DNA of 64,000 nt from Syncephalis fuscata S228 (lineage: Eukaryota; Fungi; Zoopagomycota), in assembly GCA_025786725.1 (NCBI GenBank), contig JAHLTZ010000051.1, forward strand, positions 48,797-112,796, written 5' to 3'. Below the pieces are notes generated by a model. The model was given only the letters and a program-made list of their open reading frames with translations. It did not search any database and was not told the origin of the DNA. Made by a program: the position numbers and the translations under genes. This document shows positions 12,166-27,445 of the stretch, piece after piece (positions within the stretch are counted from its first letter, which is position 1; every line of letters begins with the position of its first letter).

Positions 12166-13602
12166 TTATTATATTGTATACTGATTAAACATGTAATGAG
12201 CGCAATCTATTTACAGGTAATATTGTTTGCTACTAGCTTTATTTGTTATATGTATTAATTCATTGTGGTTAATCGTATACGCACAGCTTCACCATTGCTA
12301 TTCATGTTATTTATTTTATCCATTCATTCCGCTTTATACTATTCTATACGCTATTTATAATGTTTTGTTAATAAAACTCGTTTATTTGCTGCTGTTTATA
12401 TTATTTGTAGATTCGACTTGGTTACTTAAACATATATGCACATACGCATGTTATACTTTTGTTACTAATATTTTTATAGATTGTAGAGCATGTAACTGTT
12501 GATGATAAGGATCAAGTAGCAGCATCTGCCCAAATACACCACAAGCTACAAAGCTAAGCGTGTTAGATCTTGCACTAATTGTTACATTTGAGAACACTGG
12601 TGCTCAGAAAAAAACACTGATGAACAAAACTGTTTAAGCAATGAAGTATGGCAAAAAAGATGAACAGCAAAGAGTTAACAGAGCATATAGCCAATGTAGT
12701 CATTATACTGACAGTTGTACACGACAGCTGCAGTGGCTATATGTTGGCAAATCACTGTATACTTTAGTTTGCCATAGATTGTCATTACAGTTCGTGCTAA
12801 CAACGGCTTTTACAGCTTCTATAGTAGCAGATCACACTGCCACTGTTGAAATATTAAAGCAGTTGCCAGATGACCCGTAGTGGCAATCTATAGCAAAACA
12901 TAGCATATGCTTAACATAGCATAAAAGCAAGCCAAAAATGTGCTTACTATGCTAATAAAGGTGCCAACATTAATGATCAGAGTGAAAAAGCTGATTTGCA
13001 AAAAGGGTCAGATTACAAAAAAGCGATGCAAGTACATAGTGTAAATAGTGTTTGTACATAACTAGTAGTCATTCAACTACTAACACTATCTAATTGGTAT
13101 ATATAGAGTGTACAAGTATATGCAATGGATATATGCTATCAAGTGTAAAGAAAGAGAAAGGGGAATGCGATGACGTAGATTGTGAGCTGTGGAGCCTGTC
13201 AGTCAATATTTATAAACAGCCAAGTTTAATTGATTAATAAATGGAGCGTGAAATAATAAAAGTCAATCCACCCAACATGTCGGTACATCATAGAACAACA
13301 AGTGAAGCAATAATGCATTAAGAATAAAGGTCATTCGCACCCAAAAAACACTCATTATTATAGAACATGTTGTCAGTATAATAGCGAATGTAATAAAAGA
13401 ATAAAAGTCATTTGACACCAAAATCATTATTATAAGACATATCAATTCTCACCACATTAGAAAACAATGCTTTATATACTAAATAAAAAACTATATATTT
13501 ATTCAAATAAACAAACGAGTAATAAACAAACAATATACTGCCATCTAAATATTTAAACGATTAGTATGATGATTTGTTTATTTGTTAGCGATTGCTTACC
13601 TT

Positions 13603-15922
13603 TTATCTATAATACTTCTTGCCGAGACGGGCCTGACGATGTGGCTGCACCCGCTTCTTAAATACCGGCTGCTGTTGCACTTCTGCAACTGGTACTGCTT
13701 CTTCCTCCAGCGGCGCCTTCACTTCTGTCGCTGGCACTACTTCTTCTGCCAGCGGAGCTTCTACCGCTACCGCTGGCTCAGATGGCATTTTTATTGCACC
13801 ATCTACTACTTGAGCTGAACCTGCGCTTTCAAGCGGTACAGCGGTACCGACTTGTTCTTGTTCTTGCTCTTCATTAAACCAATCGTGGTTTAGTGCTTGA
13901 TCGGCGGTATAACGCGTTCTACTATCAATATCCAGTAGACGCTTTACAAGATCGACAGCTGCACAATGTTAGCTATTATTAATAATATGTATTCGACTTA
14001 CCTTCATCGCTGGGCCGATCTGTTTCTTGGCCAAAATTGAGAGGCCACGTTAACATATTTTGAATATGATTGACCAGCTCCTTTGATTTGCCATACGGAA
14101 AATGTTCTAATTACATCAATTAATAGTTAGTATAATATGTTTATTTTGTTTGTACTTACGCGTTAACATCGCGTATAGCGTGGTGCCCAAGCTCCACATG
14201 TCTATGGGCTTGCTGTACCCATTCACATCGAATGGCGGCGATGTCAACCGGCGATGGATAGCTGGAAAGGCTTCCGCACTTTTCAGTATACATCTCCGTT
14301 GATTGCTGTATAGCACCATTTCTGGTGCCATATATGGGATGGTGCCGCAGAAAGCGAGCACCATCGATGGATCTAGCACCTGTGCTGTCCCAAAGTCGGT
14401 AAACATGACTCTGGGATAAGCACAGTGTGTCGACAATAAAATATTTTCAGGCTAGCCAAGTGTTAGTAATGGTGTCTAATATTAAATAAATACATTACCT
14501 TAATATCTAATCAAACAACAATAGTTAGTAATTACATTAACGAATAAATAAATATACTTACCACCGTGAATAATATTTTTGTCGTGTAAATGCTAATACA
14601 ATGTTAGTGTTGTAATTATTAGATTATAGCAATACTTACCTTAATGCCTTTAAGCAACTGTTTAAAAATATGTTTTACTTCCATTTCTGAAAGGGGGGAG
14701 TGGCGCCCAATGTGGCTGCTCAGATCACCGCCTGTCGCGTACTCGATAAACAAGTACGTGTTAAGGTCGGTGAACTCTGCCTTTAATAATTTTACTACAT
14801 GAGGGTGGTCCCCCGCCTCATGCAGCGCGCTGACTTCTTTGCTATAGCTTCTGAAGTTGCGATTACGCGGTGAAATTTTGACCGCAACACGTTGTCGTGT
14901 GTTGCGGTTCAATCCTACACGCACCACGCCATACTGTCCCCTATTATACTTGATTAATTAATTAATTATTGCATTCAATTTAATACTTACTGGCCAAGAG
15001 TTCCATTAAGAATTATATAATGCTGATGAACCTTCTATAGTGGCAATAAATATGTTATTTAACATCCAATTATATTTATAAACTTACTTGTTCATATTCA
15101 GCACTATCCTCTACTGGTGTGGAACCAGTAAGTTTCAAACTGTGGGCGGTGAAAGTTGCTATATTTTATAATTAAAAACAATAGTAATAAATAGCTAGTA
15201 CTTACTTTCACACCCAGGAATTGCAATAAAGCAATTATCGGCATGCTGCTCGGTTGAATTCTTAGCTAAAGTAAAACGATTTACTAAACCAAATGTTAAT
15301 GACAATGCCTATAATTTATACAAACTAACCTTTAAGCTCTGCCAAACCCAGGTTCTAAACTAATAATTAGTAATAAAAAATCAAATTGACATTTACTCAC
15401 CGTGCATTTGACGATGCTGTCGTTCTATGATAATTTATGGTTAGTCTAGCTCATTGTAGTATATAGTCTACTTACTGCTGAAACTTTAAAGCAAACTTGC
15501 GGCAAACTATCCGCGTTTAATTGATAGTTGCTAGTTGTCATATGGAATATTGTTAGTTTAATACTTTATGTAGACATTAATGCTACTTACGATTGTTGGC
15601 TGGCCCCAACGGTAAATTCTTGACTAGCAGCCAAGATAAACTCTAGACAGCTATTGTTTAGATGGATGTACGCTCAATACTACTTTAACATACCTTGTGG
15701 TGTAGTGCCATACACTTCCACCCAGCCAGTAGCGCTTTGGCGCTCTTTTTCTAATAAAGCATCCCAGCAAGCTGGAAGCTTTGCATGAAACATGCCATCA
15801 TCTTCTAAAGAGTTTGATGGCGCTTCAGTAGGGGCTACAGCCGCAGCTGGCGCGGCTGGCTGCGGCGTAGGAACGAGGATCGTGGGGGTAGCATTGGGTA
15901 GCGTTTCAATAGTTGAACTCAT
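13603..15922 (-). CDS. Chk2/Mek1/Dun1-like Ser/Thr kinase with probable degenerate N-terminal FHA domain, about 14 exons (kinase 1)
   Basis: LG.GQYGVV, VAVKI, HPHVVKL, EYATGGDL, HG-DIK-PEN, DFGTA, CGTIPYMAPE, GYSKPIDMWSLG, RYTADQALNHDWF; canonical GT-AG introns. Confidence 0.85.
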
Positions 15923-16549
15923 GGTGCTGTGAGTATCAAGTAAAAACGATAATAGCTGTTCAATAAAAGAGTAAAGCTTAAAAGTAAAATGAAAAGAACA
16001 AGTAAAGTAAAAAGACTCAACGTATTGCATATTCATAAATTTAAAGACACACAATAATACAATATCAGTCAGTATTGAAGATAATATAACGATAGTATAC
16101 TTTATGGTACAATTAATAGCATTATACTTGTAGTATGTTCTGCTTACTGATGCTATAGCTCAGTCCTAAGTTGTATAGCAAACTATTGTGCATATCGGTA
16201 TTTTATATAGTCACTTGGCTAAGCATGCATGTGCCACATCATACTGGTTTTCATGTTGGCCTTTGCAGTCGATATGGTTACGTGTTTATTCCTGTTTTTA
16301 CTTCATAGCTTTAACGGACTTTGTAATGTAATATGACAACGTGTATTTTATTTCTATTTAGTAGCATTGAAACTCAATCGGTGAATTATGTTATAGACCA
16401 TATTTCTAAAGAAAAGTAGTCATTTTTATTTAACTAATACAGTAATAAATTGTGTGGATCGATTATCTAATTGTGTGCGAATGGCAAGAATACTTGGGGG
16501 AAAGCAAAAATACCCGCTAGACCCTGAAATATTGATAGCATTGGAAAGA

Positions 16550-18580
16550 GCCGCTATTATAGTGGTACAACTGATTAAGAATGGTTGCATTTGGCTATGT
16601 TTCAGTTGCATTGGCCAATTGATCCAACTAGCCAGTGTAGATATGCTGATTATGCGCGGAAATGACCGGCAAATGGAAGGCAAAAAGTGATTGAATATGG
16701 AAATAAGGAAGGGATTATAATCCAATTTACTGATAAGATGGTATCTGACATTAGAAGGTTTCAGTCAGTTGCAATACGCCAATGAACAGTTGTTACATAC
16801 TATTTACCAATATTGTCCATTCTAATTGGTAGATATGTTTTGAAGTTTATAAGGTTGTGTTGAGCTTACTTTTGCTCATTATCTCGCCTTCTCCTGTTTC
16901 TAGTTGTTAATGTGCTGTAAACCGTTTGTTAATGGTTAGCATTAAATCTAGTAGTTACATCCAGTGGTGTGGGGTCCCCTTGTTGGTTGATCACGATATA
17001 CTGTGTTCTTGCTTTTGAGCTGTGTTGAATGTGCAATACAGTATTTGCAGACTGCTGTATTATACTGGCTCAACAATTATATGGCTGCCCGTAATAGGCG
17101 GCTGTATACTAGTGTAGTGCGGAGATATGTGGGATGCTGGAGCGTGCAGTGATAGGACATAAGTCGGTATTGCTGCACGCTCTCTCATGGGGGACGCTAG
17201 GGCGCACAGTATTAGCTTAATACTGCTCTATGCTCCCTCCTGTAAAGGCTAGAGCGCGCAGTAACAGTATTTAGCAAGTCAGTTATTGCTGTGTGTTTCC
17301 CTCATATGGATGCGGCGACCTGTGATGGGTGGCCATATGTTAGTGCTCACCTGTTTGTAACGCGCGCTGGAGGTGTGTTGGTATTGTTCAACTTGCTGAA
17401 CACTGCCATCACACACTAGATTGATGTGATATGTAAGCACCTATAATAGATAAACATGTATCATACTGTTTACTTGTGGGTGCTGTTAAAGGATTGTGAT
17501 ATAGCGTTAGTCTCAAATATCATATAAAATGCATGCGTCAAAGGCTGAAGGGTTGTACTGTCTGAGGTTGCCTTCTTGTGATTAATTGTAATATGATATT
17601 TCTGCGGCTGTCTACAACGTAGCAAAAGCTGCGTTATTTTGCAGCTTTAATAGCGCATCAGCATTTGACATGTGTTGTTTAGTTGTAATACACTGCAACA
17701 TCTATGTGTGCTTAGCTTTATACATTAGCTACAATTGGGTGAACCAGTAGTTTAGTGATGTTTATTGCTGCACTTGAATTGCTACATTGCATTATAACAT
17801 TATTAAATAACATCGTCATCTTGACGGCAGCTGGTAGAAAGCTATGTGCTTCTGACGAATGTTACTTATGCCCGAGTTGTAGTACTATCAGTATTCCAGG
17901 TGGACATATAGTTTTTTTATCGGCTGTCATCTCGATTAACAACTTTCAACAACTTTTTTAGTTTAATTTTTATAATGTTTGTATAATACTTAGTAACAAT
18001 AGCCAAACAACAAACAATCACATCACATGTGCATTATAGACTACATATGAACAACGGCCAACTAAATGTATAATATTTATTACTACTAAACAACACTAAC
18101 AAATCTTGTTATAGTCCTTCAAATATTAGTGCCAAATCGACAAGTTATCTGGATCGCATTTATCATCATTTTGCATGCAATTTACAATACCAATTATTGC
18201 TTTCATCAGCACAAGTATTAACAGTAGTATTATGCATTGTTGTTGATGCTATCACTTGACATGGTTTTCCAGATGGAGGGAGTGAATATATACCCATTTG
18301 GTTTTTTATCCGGTCAAGTGTCAATTGATATTGTTATTGCATGCCTGTTAAGTTTGTTAGCTAATAAATGAAGTGGCAGTGACAGCTGAGAGAAAAGAGA
18401 GTTATATATTGAACTGAAAGGATTTAATAAAGTGTAGGAGTGTTTATTAAAGCGACATGATATTATGGTAATGATTTTATTACTGTTGTTTATTTAGTTT
18501 TATGTTTAATGTTTGTTTTAAGATTAAAGTAGCATCATTTGTTTAATTAAAAAAATATTATGCTTAAATAACTGCATACT
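16550..18580 (-). repeat. Family B duplicated segment (decayed multi-exon gene-like), inverted copy of 30880-32760
   Basis: Collinear reverse-complement alignment, e.g. 17840-17931 vs 31503-31594 at 73/92 without gaps; 16800-16920 vs 32400-32522. Confidence 0.85.
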
Positions 18581-19194
18581 ATCAAAAATCGTTTGCTTAT
18601 TACTAACTGTATTTGCTACAGAGGCTGATTTATATCGCTCACTACGCTCTTTCAATTGCGTATACGTACCTTTACCATTATGACATACTGCTATTACCAG
18701 ATATAGCAATAAAACATATATTTCTTCCTACGGTTCTGTTTCTTGAATGGAGTGTTCTACTTGTATTTCTGTCGTTATTCTCTACTTACATAGCGAATAA
18801 ATAATGAAGCATTTTTTAATCCTACTTAGGCACATAAGTATGTTTTATCATTGTTATGTTATTTTATCAGAACACTATAATTAATTCAATCAATTTTACT
18901 TCAGATCAGAAATAACTGCGTAAAAGTTACAGGTATTTGGACAGCCAAGTAAAACATGTCCTATTACGACATTTGTCGTAATTATTATAGTATAAGTTTA
19001 GTTTGAATGCCCTGAATGATGCTCTTCCATCTTATTCCTTTCTTCCGCTTCTACACCTGCCTTCCAACATTGTAGCTCCGACTTTCCAACCGCTTAACAA
19101 GCGCGTTGACTCTTGTGGTTTATTAATATATCACAAGATAAGCTTGCCACGTGTGTTTATATTATATGTATAACCTTTTCAGTGTATTACTATA

Positions 19195-19345
19195 GGTATA
19201 CTGGTGCCGCCTGGTGCCGATATACCTGTGACTGTCCGGAGCCGTCCCTGGAGCCGTCTCAAGTCGCGTCAAGTCTCCCGGAGCCGCGTGGAGCCGCCCG
19301 AATTCTTTTGATTCGTCCCGGAGCCCTGGAGTTACTTGGAGCATT
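19195..19345. repeat. GC-rich GGAGCC array with about 41-bp period
   Basis: Five GGAGCC and two GGTGCC hexamers; unit CCGGAGCC..TGGAG occurs three times. Confidence 0.75.
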
Positions 19346-19349
19346 TAAT

Positions 19350-19765
19350 AGCTTTAACTCAAGGAGATTTTTTAGTGAACACTTATTTTTATGAGTTTTT
19401 CACTAGGCTTTCTCCTATGAGTTGTTGCCAGCGCCGTACCGGCTTCAACTCAAAAGGTTTTCCTACTGAAAGTCCATTTTTATGAACATAATTTCTTAGG
19501 TTTTTATCCATGAGCTGTTGTCGATACGGTTTCTGGCTTTGATTCAAAGGATTTACCTAATGGGTACTCATTTTATGAGTTATTTCATTAGACTTCCTTT
19601 TAAGAATTGTTGCCAGCGCTGCTCATGGCTTCGTCTCAAAGGTGTTTTTTACCAATGAGTCGCTGTTAGTGCCAATCCTGGCTTTGACTTGAAGAGCTTT
19701 TTAATAGAAATCTAGTTTTATAAGCAGCTTTCATTATAGTCCTTCTTATAAGTCGTCGCCGGTAA
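19350..19765. repeat. Degenerate tandem repeat, about 93-bp unit, about 4.5 copies
   Basis: Units begin GGCTT(T/C)(G/A)ACTCAAA at about 19350, 19441, 19535, 19627 (short) and 19680, and share TTTTATGAG and GAGTTGTTGCCAGCGC-like blocks. Confidence 0.8.
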
Positions 19766-20255
19766 TTCTGTGGTTGTCATTTGTTATATTAGGATTTGAT
19801 GTACAACAATAATCGAACCTAGTAATCTTTGAATTACAATCATTACAAAGTGAGCAAGCACTACTTGACGAAGATTTCTTACTGATCACCGATTATTGGT
19901 TATCATTAAGTGAACAACATTTGACGACTTCGACTAATGGGACGAAATAAAGCGCACTAAGCAAAATTAGCAAATCGTTAGCAAAACAAGCGCTTTATTG
20001 GTCTATTACAGTTTTTTATTTGAATTATAGCATATATATTACAATGGCCTATATTATGCTGTACTGATACGGACTAATCTAGTAGATACTGCTACAAATT
20101 CTCATGTTGAATAAAAATATTATTTTTATACTTAAATGGAATATTATTTATAAATATATACTATCGTTTATTGTAAACTTTTGATACTTTATCAAGTTCT
20201 TAATTTTTATATTATATTATTACTATTGTATTAATATAAACAATTTGTTAACAAT

Positions 20256-20745
20256 TTAATTATGATTTAAATGCTAAGGCACTACATTTAATAAATTTTA
20301 TTATATCGAACATGGAACTAGATGGCGAGTTACATCAGTCATCAAAATACTCTATTATAAATTTATTATTATTATTATTATAGATAAATATATATCACAA
20401 ATACCTTCATATCATTGCATTCTCATAGTATTAAGATATTGTTACTTACATAGTCCTTATTATTAGCTTTTCTTAATTCCATTAAGCTATTTAATGTTAA
20501 ATAGTCTAGCCATATTTAATTATAAATAGCCGACTTAATACGTACCTTTAAAAAACAATAGATTTACTCATATTAATATTATTTGTTTTTTTCTGTCTGT
20601 ATGGCTTAATAAATGATATAAATCATAGTTTATTAGTAATAAAGTCAAAGATAATTAAAGAGCAGTTATAAATAAAGCATAATTACTAAAAACAAAACTA
20701 TATAGAATAAAATAAATATAAAATGAAAAGTGTACGATTAACAGC
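20256..20745 (+). repeat. M-family terminus plus remnant of an opposite-orientation M interior
   Basis: TCGAACATGGAACTAGATGGCGAGTTACATCAGTCATCAAAATACTC at about 20306; 20635-20740 resembles 30403-30490. Confidence 0.7.
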
Positions 20746-20766
20746 GTTGATTTTATAGTTTATAGA

Positions 20767-22166
20767 ATTTTGCCATTAATGCGTAATATTCATGGACATT
20801 GCAAGCTTGTATTATTTGTTATTTTAATGCATATAAACATTATAGAAATGTATTATTTATTTCCAATAGCTATGGCTGCAGCAAATAATTCGCCTTCATC
20901 TGTACTCTTTAAAATACCGATAGAAAGCTAATTTACAAATTTAAGCGTAAATCACTGTGTTAATACTATAACAGCATGTAGTAGTATTAAAATAATGGGT
21001 CTAGTGTAATTATGCGGTAAAAGACAGCAACATTTGAATTAAATAATAACAGCAATAATCTAACTAATAAAGCATTACTAATATCGAGTATACTTTTATG
21101 TAGAATCAGGCAAACTGCATGATATGATGCATAAGTATGGGTATAACATATAGGTAGCTATTGGCAAACTATAGTGCAACTGTATTGCGCATTGATGCAA
21201 TGGTTGTAGCAATACGCCATTAAATATGTAAAATAGCAGTTTTTTACCAATCATGGCTGTATAGCTTAAATACAGCAAAATGATCACTAGATTCGAGTTC
21301 AGCATGCTAAGCTGAATCGTTTGGTATAAAATATAGAACAACAATTTTTGCAAAAAAGTTGACCAAAATGCAAATTACGTGTAAGTTAGCTAGTGGAATA
21401 TAATTCAGCTTATGTTACAATCTAATGTAAATAAAAATGCCAAGTAATCGAATGTTTTACAACTGCAAATATATCAGTGTTAAAACATATCGATACTTGC
21501 GCGGTGTATTTATATACATATATGTATATGTAAAACCACTAACTAACTTACACGTAATTTGCATTTTGGTCAACTTTTTTGCAAAAATTGTTGTTCTATA
21601 TTTTATACCAAACGATTCAGCTTAGCATGCTGAACTCGAATCTAGTGATCATTTTGCTGTATTTAAGCTATACAAGCCATGATTGGTAAAAAACTGCTAT
21701 TTTACATATTTAATGGCGTATTGCTACAACCATTGCATCAATGCGCAATACAGTTGCACTATAGTTTGCCAATAGCTACCTATATGTTATACCCATACTT
21801 ATGCATCATATCATGCAGTTTGCCTGATTCTACATAAAAGTATACTCGATATTAGTAATGCTTTATTAGTTAGATTATTGCTGTTATTATTTAATTCAAA
21901 TGTTGCTGTCTTTTACCGCATAATTACACTAGAGTCATTATTTTAATACTACTACATGCTGTTATAGTATTAACACAGTGATTTACGCTTAAATTTGTAA
22001 ATTAGCTTTCTATCGGTATTTTAAAGAGTACAGATGAAGGCGAATTATTTGCTGCAGCCATAGCTATTGGAAATAAATAATACATTTCTATAATGTTTAT
22101 ATGCATTAAAATAACAAATAATACAAGCTTGCAATGTCCATGAATATTACGCATTAATGGCAAAAT
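20767..22166. repeat. 1.4-kb near-perfect palindrome P1, copy 1
   Basis: Arms 20767-21396 and 21536-22166 are almost exact reverse complements; the centre is imperfectly self-complementary around 21470. Confidence 0.97.
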
Positions 22167-22518
22167 GCTTATACAACTGCCCTGATTATAAATAAACAAG
22201 CAGATATTTGCATTATAGGTATAGTTAGTGGGAAGTGAGGCATGTGTAACTAAATGGATTATTTTGAATGCCGGTCATAGCTATTGTAAACCAATAATAA
22301 TGTGCTTATATAAGCTCTTGTCTATAAGCAACTAAACTGATGTTTTGCATAATGTCATAATTGGTTAAGAATGATATGTATGTGCAACTAAAGTAGCTAT
22401 AAACAAGTAAACTTTGTTTTCAAATGTTACTCATATTTATCAAAAGCAATAAACATTATTAACTGTATAGCACATTTACAGCTATTAGCATTGTCAATAC
22501 CACTATTATTAATTAATA

Positions 22519-23459
22519 GTGGCTATTTAGTGACCAGAAGTAATGTCGCATAATATGGTCTACCAATAATACTGCTTATGCTTACTTCACATTACCATTG
22601 ATGCTGATAAAATAGGCGATATACATGGCTAGCACATTGTTTATAACACGCATAGTCAACGATTTATCAGTGTAGGCTATTGCGTTATTATATAGACACT
22701 GTAAATATATACAATACCTACCACTAATATATTTGCTAATAATTGATACACTTTTTATTAGTATTTGTGTAGGCTTGTACTGTCAAATAGCAAAGGAGAA
22801 ATTATTACCGCTTTTTTATTAATCAAGTAATTTTCACCAATTTTTAATTCCATCATTAATATATCTAGGAATACATGATGTCATTCGTTATGACCGCATA
22901 GTATTGGTGTATTGACACATATAAGTCATGTATTTTTTTAAAATTATTGGAAGTTGCCACAAATAAAAACAGTAATATTATTATTAAAAATACCATTTTT
23001 AAGTACTTTTTAACTGTTAGTACTTTTTATAATTTTTCAATAATACATGACTTATATGTGTCAATACACCAATACTATGCGGTCATAACGAATGACATCA
23101 TGTATTCTAGCTAAGTTACTGATGGAATTAAAAATTGGTGAAAATTACTTGATTAATAAAAAAGCGGTAATAATTTTTTCCTTTGCTGTTTTGACAGTAC
23201 AAGCCTACACAAATACTAATAAAAAAGTGTATCAATTATTAGCAAATATATTAGTGGTAGGTATTGTATATATTTACAGTGTCTATATAATAGCGCAATA
23301 GCCTACACTCATAAACCGTTGACTATGCGTGTTATAAACAATGTGCTAGCCATGTATATTGCCTATTTTATCAGCATCAATGGTAATGTGAAGTAAGCAT
23401 AAGCAACATTATTGATAGGCCATATTATGCGACATTACTTCTGGTTACTAAATAGCCAC
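22519..23459. repeat. Inverted repeat P2, copy 1 (arms about 415 bp, loop 22935-23041)
   Basis: GTGGCTATTTAGTGACCAGAAGTAATGTCGC.. pairs with ..GCGACATTACTTCTGGTTACTAAATAGCCAC; inner ends GTCATGTATT / AATACATGAC. Confidence 0.95.
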
Positions 23460-25249
23460 GATCCAAATGTATACTAATAACAGCTATTAGTATATTACTA
23501 ACCATTGGGGCGCACGTCATATCATTGCTGTTGTACAACATCAAATCTCGTGAACAGTCATCGGTTGGTAGCAATGCATGTCATGATGCCACTTACTAAA
23601 CAAGTAGACATTTATGCTAATTTATGACGGCAGTAGGCTGATTGACAGCTAGCGGTAAGTATACACCAAGTGCTCATGTTATCTGTAGGTATGTTGCAGA
23701 TTGGCCAATACCACTAATAGCTGCATCATTTCGGTTGCTAACTATTTAGTAATAACTGGCATACTATTTTCAACAATCAATAGTAATATTCATGCTTATG
23801 TTGGTAACTAATAATGTATAAACAATAGCTTTGGTTAAAATATTTTATTAAACAAATTATACCATTGCCGTTGTCAATACAAATGGCATTTTTCTAACTC
23901 TTAGTTGTTACACTGTAATACACATCATTACCTTATAGTGGCATTAAGTTGTATAGATAGCACTTGCTGACTATTAATATCAGTGGCTATATCATGCCAA
24001 TGATTTACGCAGCATATTTAACACTAACTGTATATTAGTGACTAGTGATGCACAATAAATAGATGGCGTAAATACAATCAAATAATTAGCTGATAGTGAT
24101 GTTACATGTTCATTAACGTATAACTAACTGTTATCAATACTGTATTTCATTTGATTAATAGACATCTGGCTAATATAATGATGGCTATCGAGTTATAAGA
24201 TATTGATGATATGTTGGTGCTGATCCGCTATTACTAGCATATTTACTTAATAAAACACTGGCATAGCAGCATATTGATTATGACTAATCGGTTAATACAA
24301 CTAGTCAACAGCATTTGTAAATACTGCCTAATCAAACCATCAGTAATCAGTGCGGAATACTAATACTTAACTAGCTATATATACTAGCGCTATAACTAAT
24401 GGTTATTTGGTCATATGTCAATAATAGTTTTGCTGTGAGTTTCTGCTATTTTTATCGTTATTAGTAGTATAGCATTGTCAATTAAGTATTATAGACTTGA
24501 TAACGGTCATGAGTAATATTAAAATGGTGTTATTGCCAACTAATACGTCTGCTTATATGTTGATGACAACAGTAGTTTAATGTTTTTGTGTTCACTGCTA
24601 ATCATTGACAATTGTTTAATTGTTGATTTATATTTATATACACCATACAATTATACATATCAAGAACACAGCTGTTTACATATTGTGCCCATTATTGACA
24701 CTAACTACATCCGTATACAATGTGTTTATTAGTCATAATGCCGAATAAACATGCTAATGCATTGAAATAAACAGCCAAAGTATTATGGCATACACTAGCT
24801 GCAACCAGTAGATGTATACCGCGTTAGTTAATGATAGTAATATTATTGCATTTATTATTAGCCATCGGTAATTGTATAGCAATAGCAACATCTATTATAA
24901 CTTAGCCAGTTATATTGATGCCATGTGTTTAACCAGTTTGACAATTGCTTGTTGTTATTATAAGCCAACGGTATATCAGCAATATTAATATACACTATGC
25001 ATGATTGACGTATAACTAGGGGTATATTTAGGACTGATTGTATGGTAGTTTATACTGTTATGCCTACTAGCTAACCAACATTGTTGCAAATTGCTCTATG
25101 GATAGATTGTACATAATTTAATAAACATTATTTATACCTTTTATTAATAATTGCGTATTTATTTATTATAAACACAACAAATAATTAATAAAATAGTACT
25201 AAAATATAATTTTTATTCAAGTAATATTAATTTTAATGCATCCATCAAT

Positions 25250-27445
<2,196 letters not shown>

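Noticed and set aside
19350-19765. CRISPR-like array
   Set aside because: Whole units are similar with no unique spacers, and the context is eukaryotic
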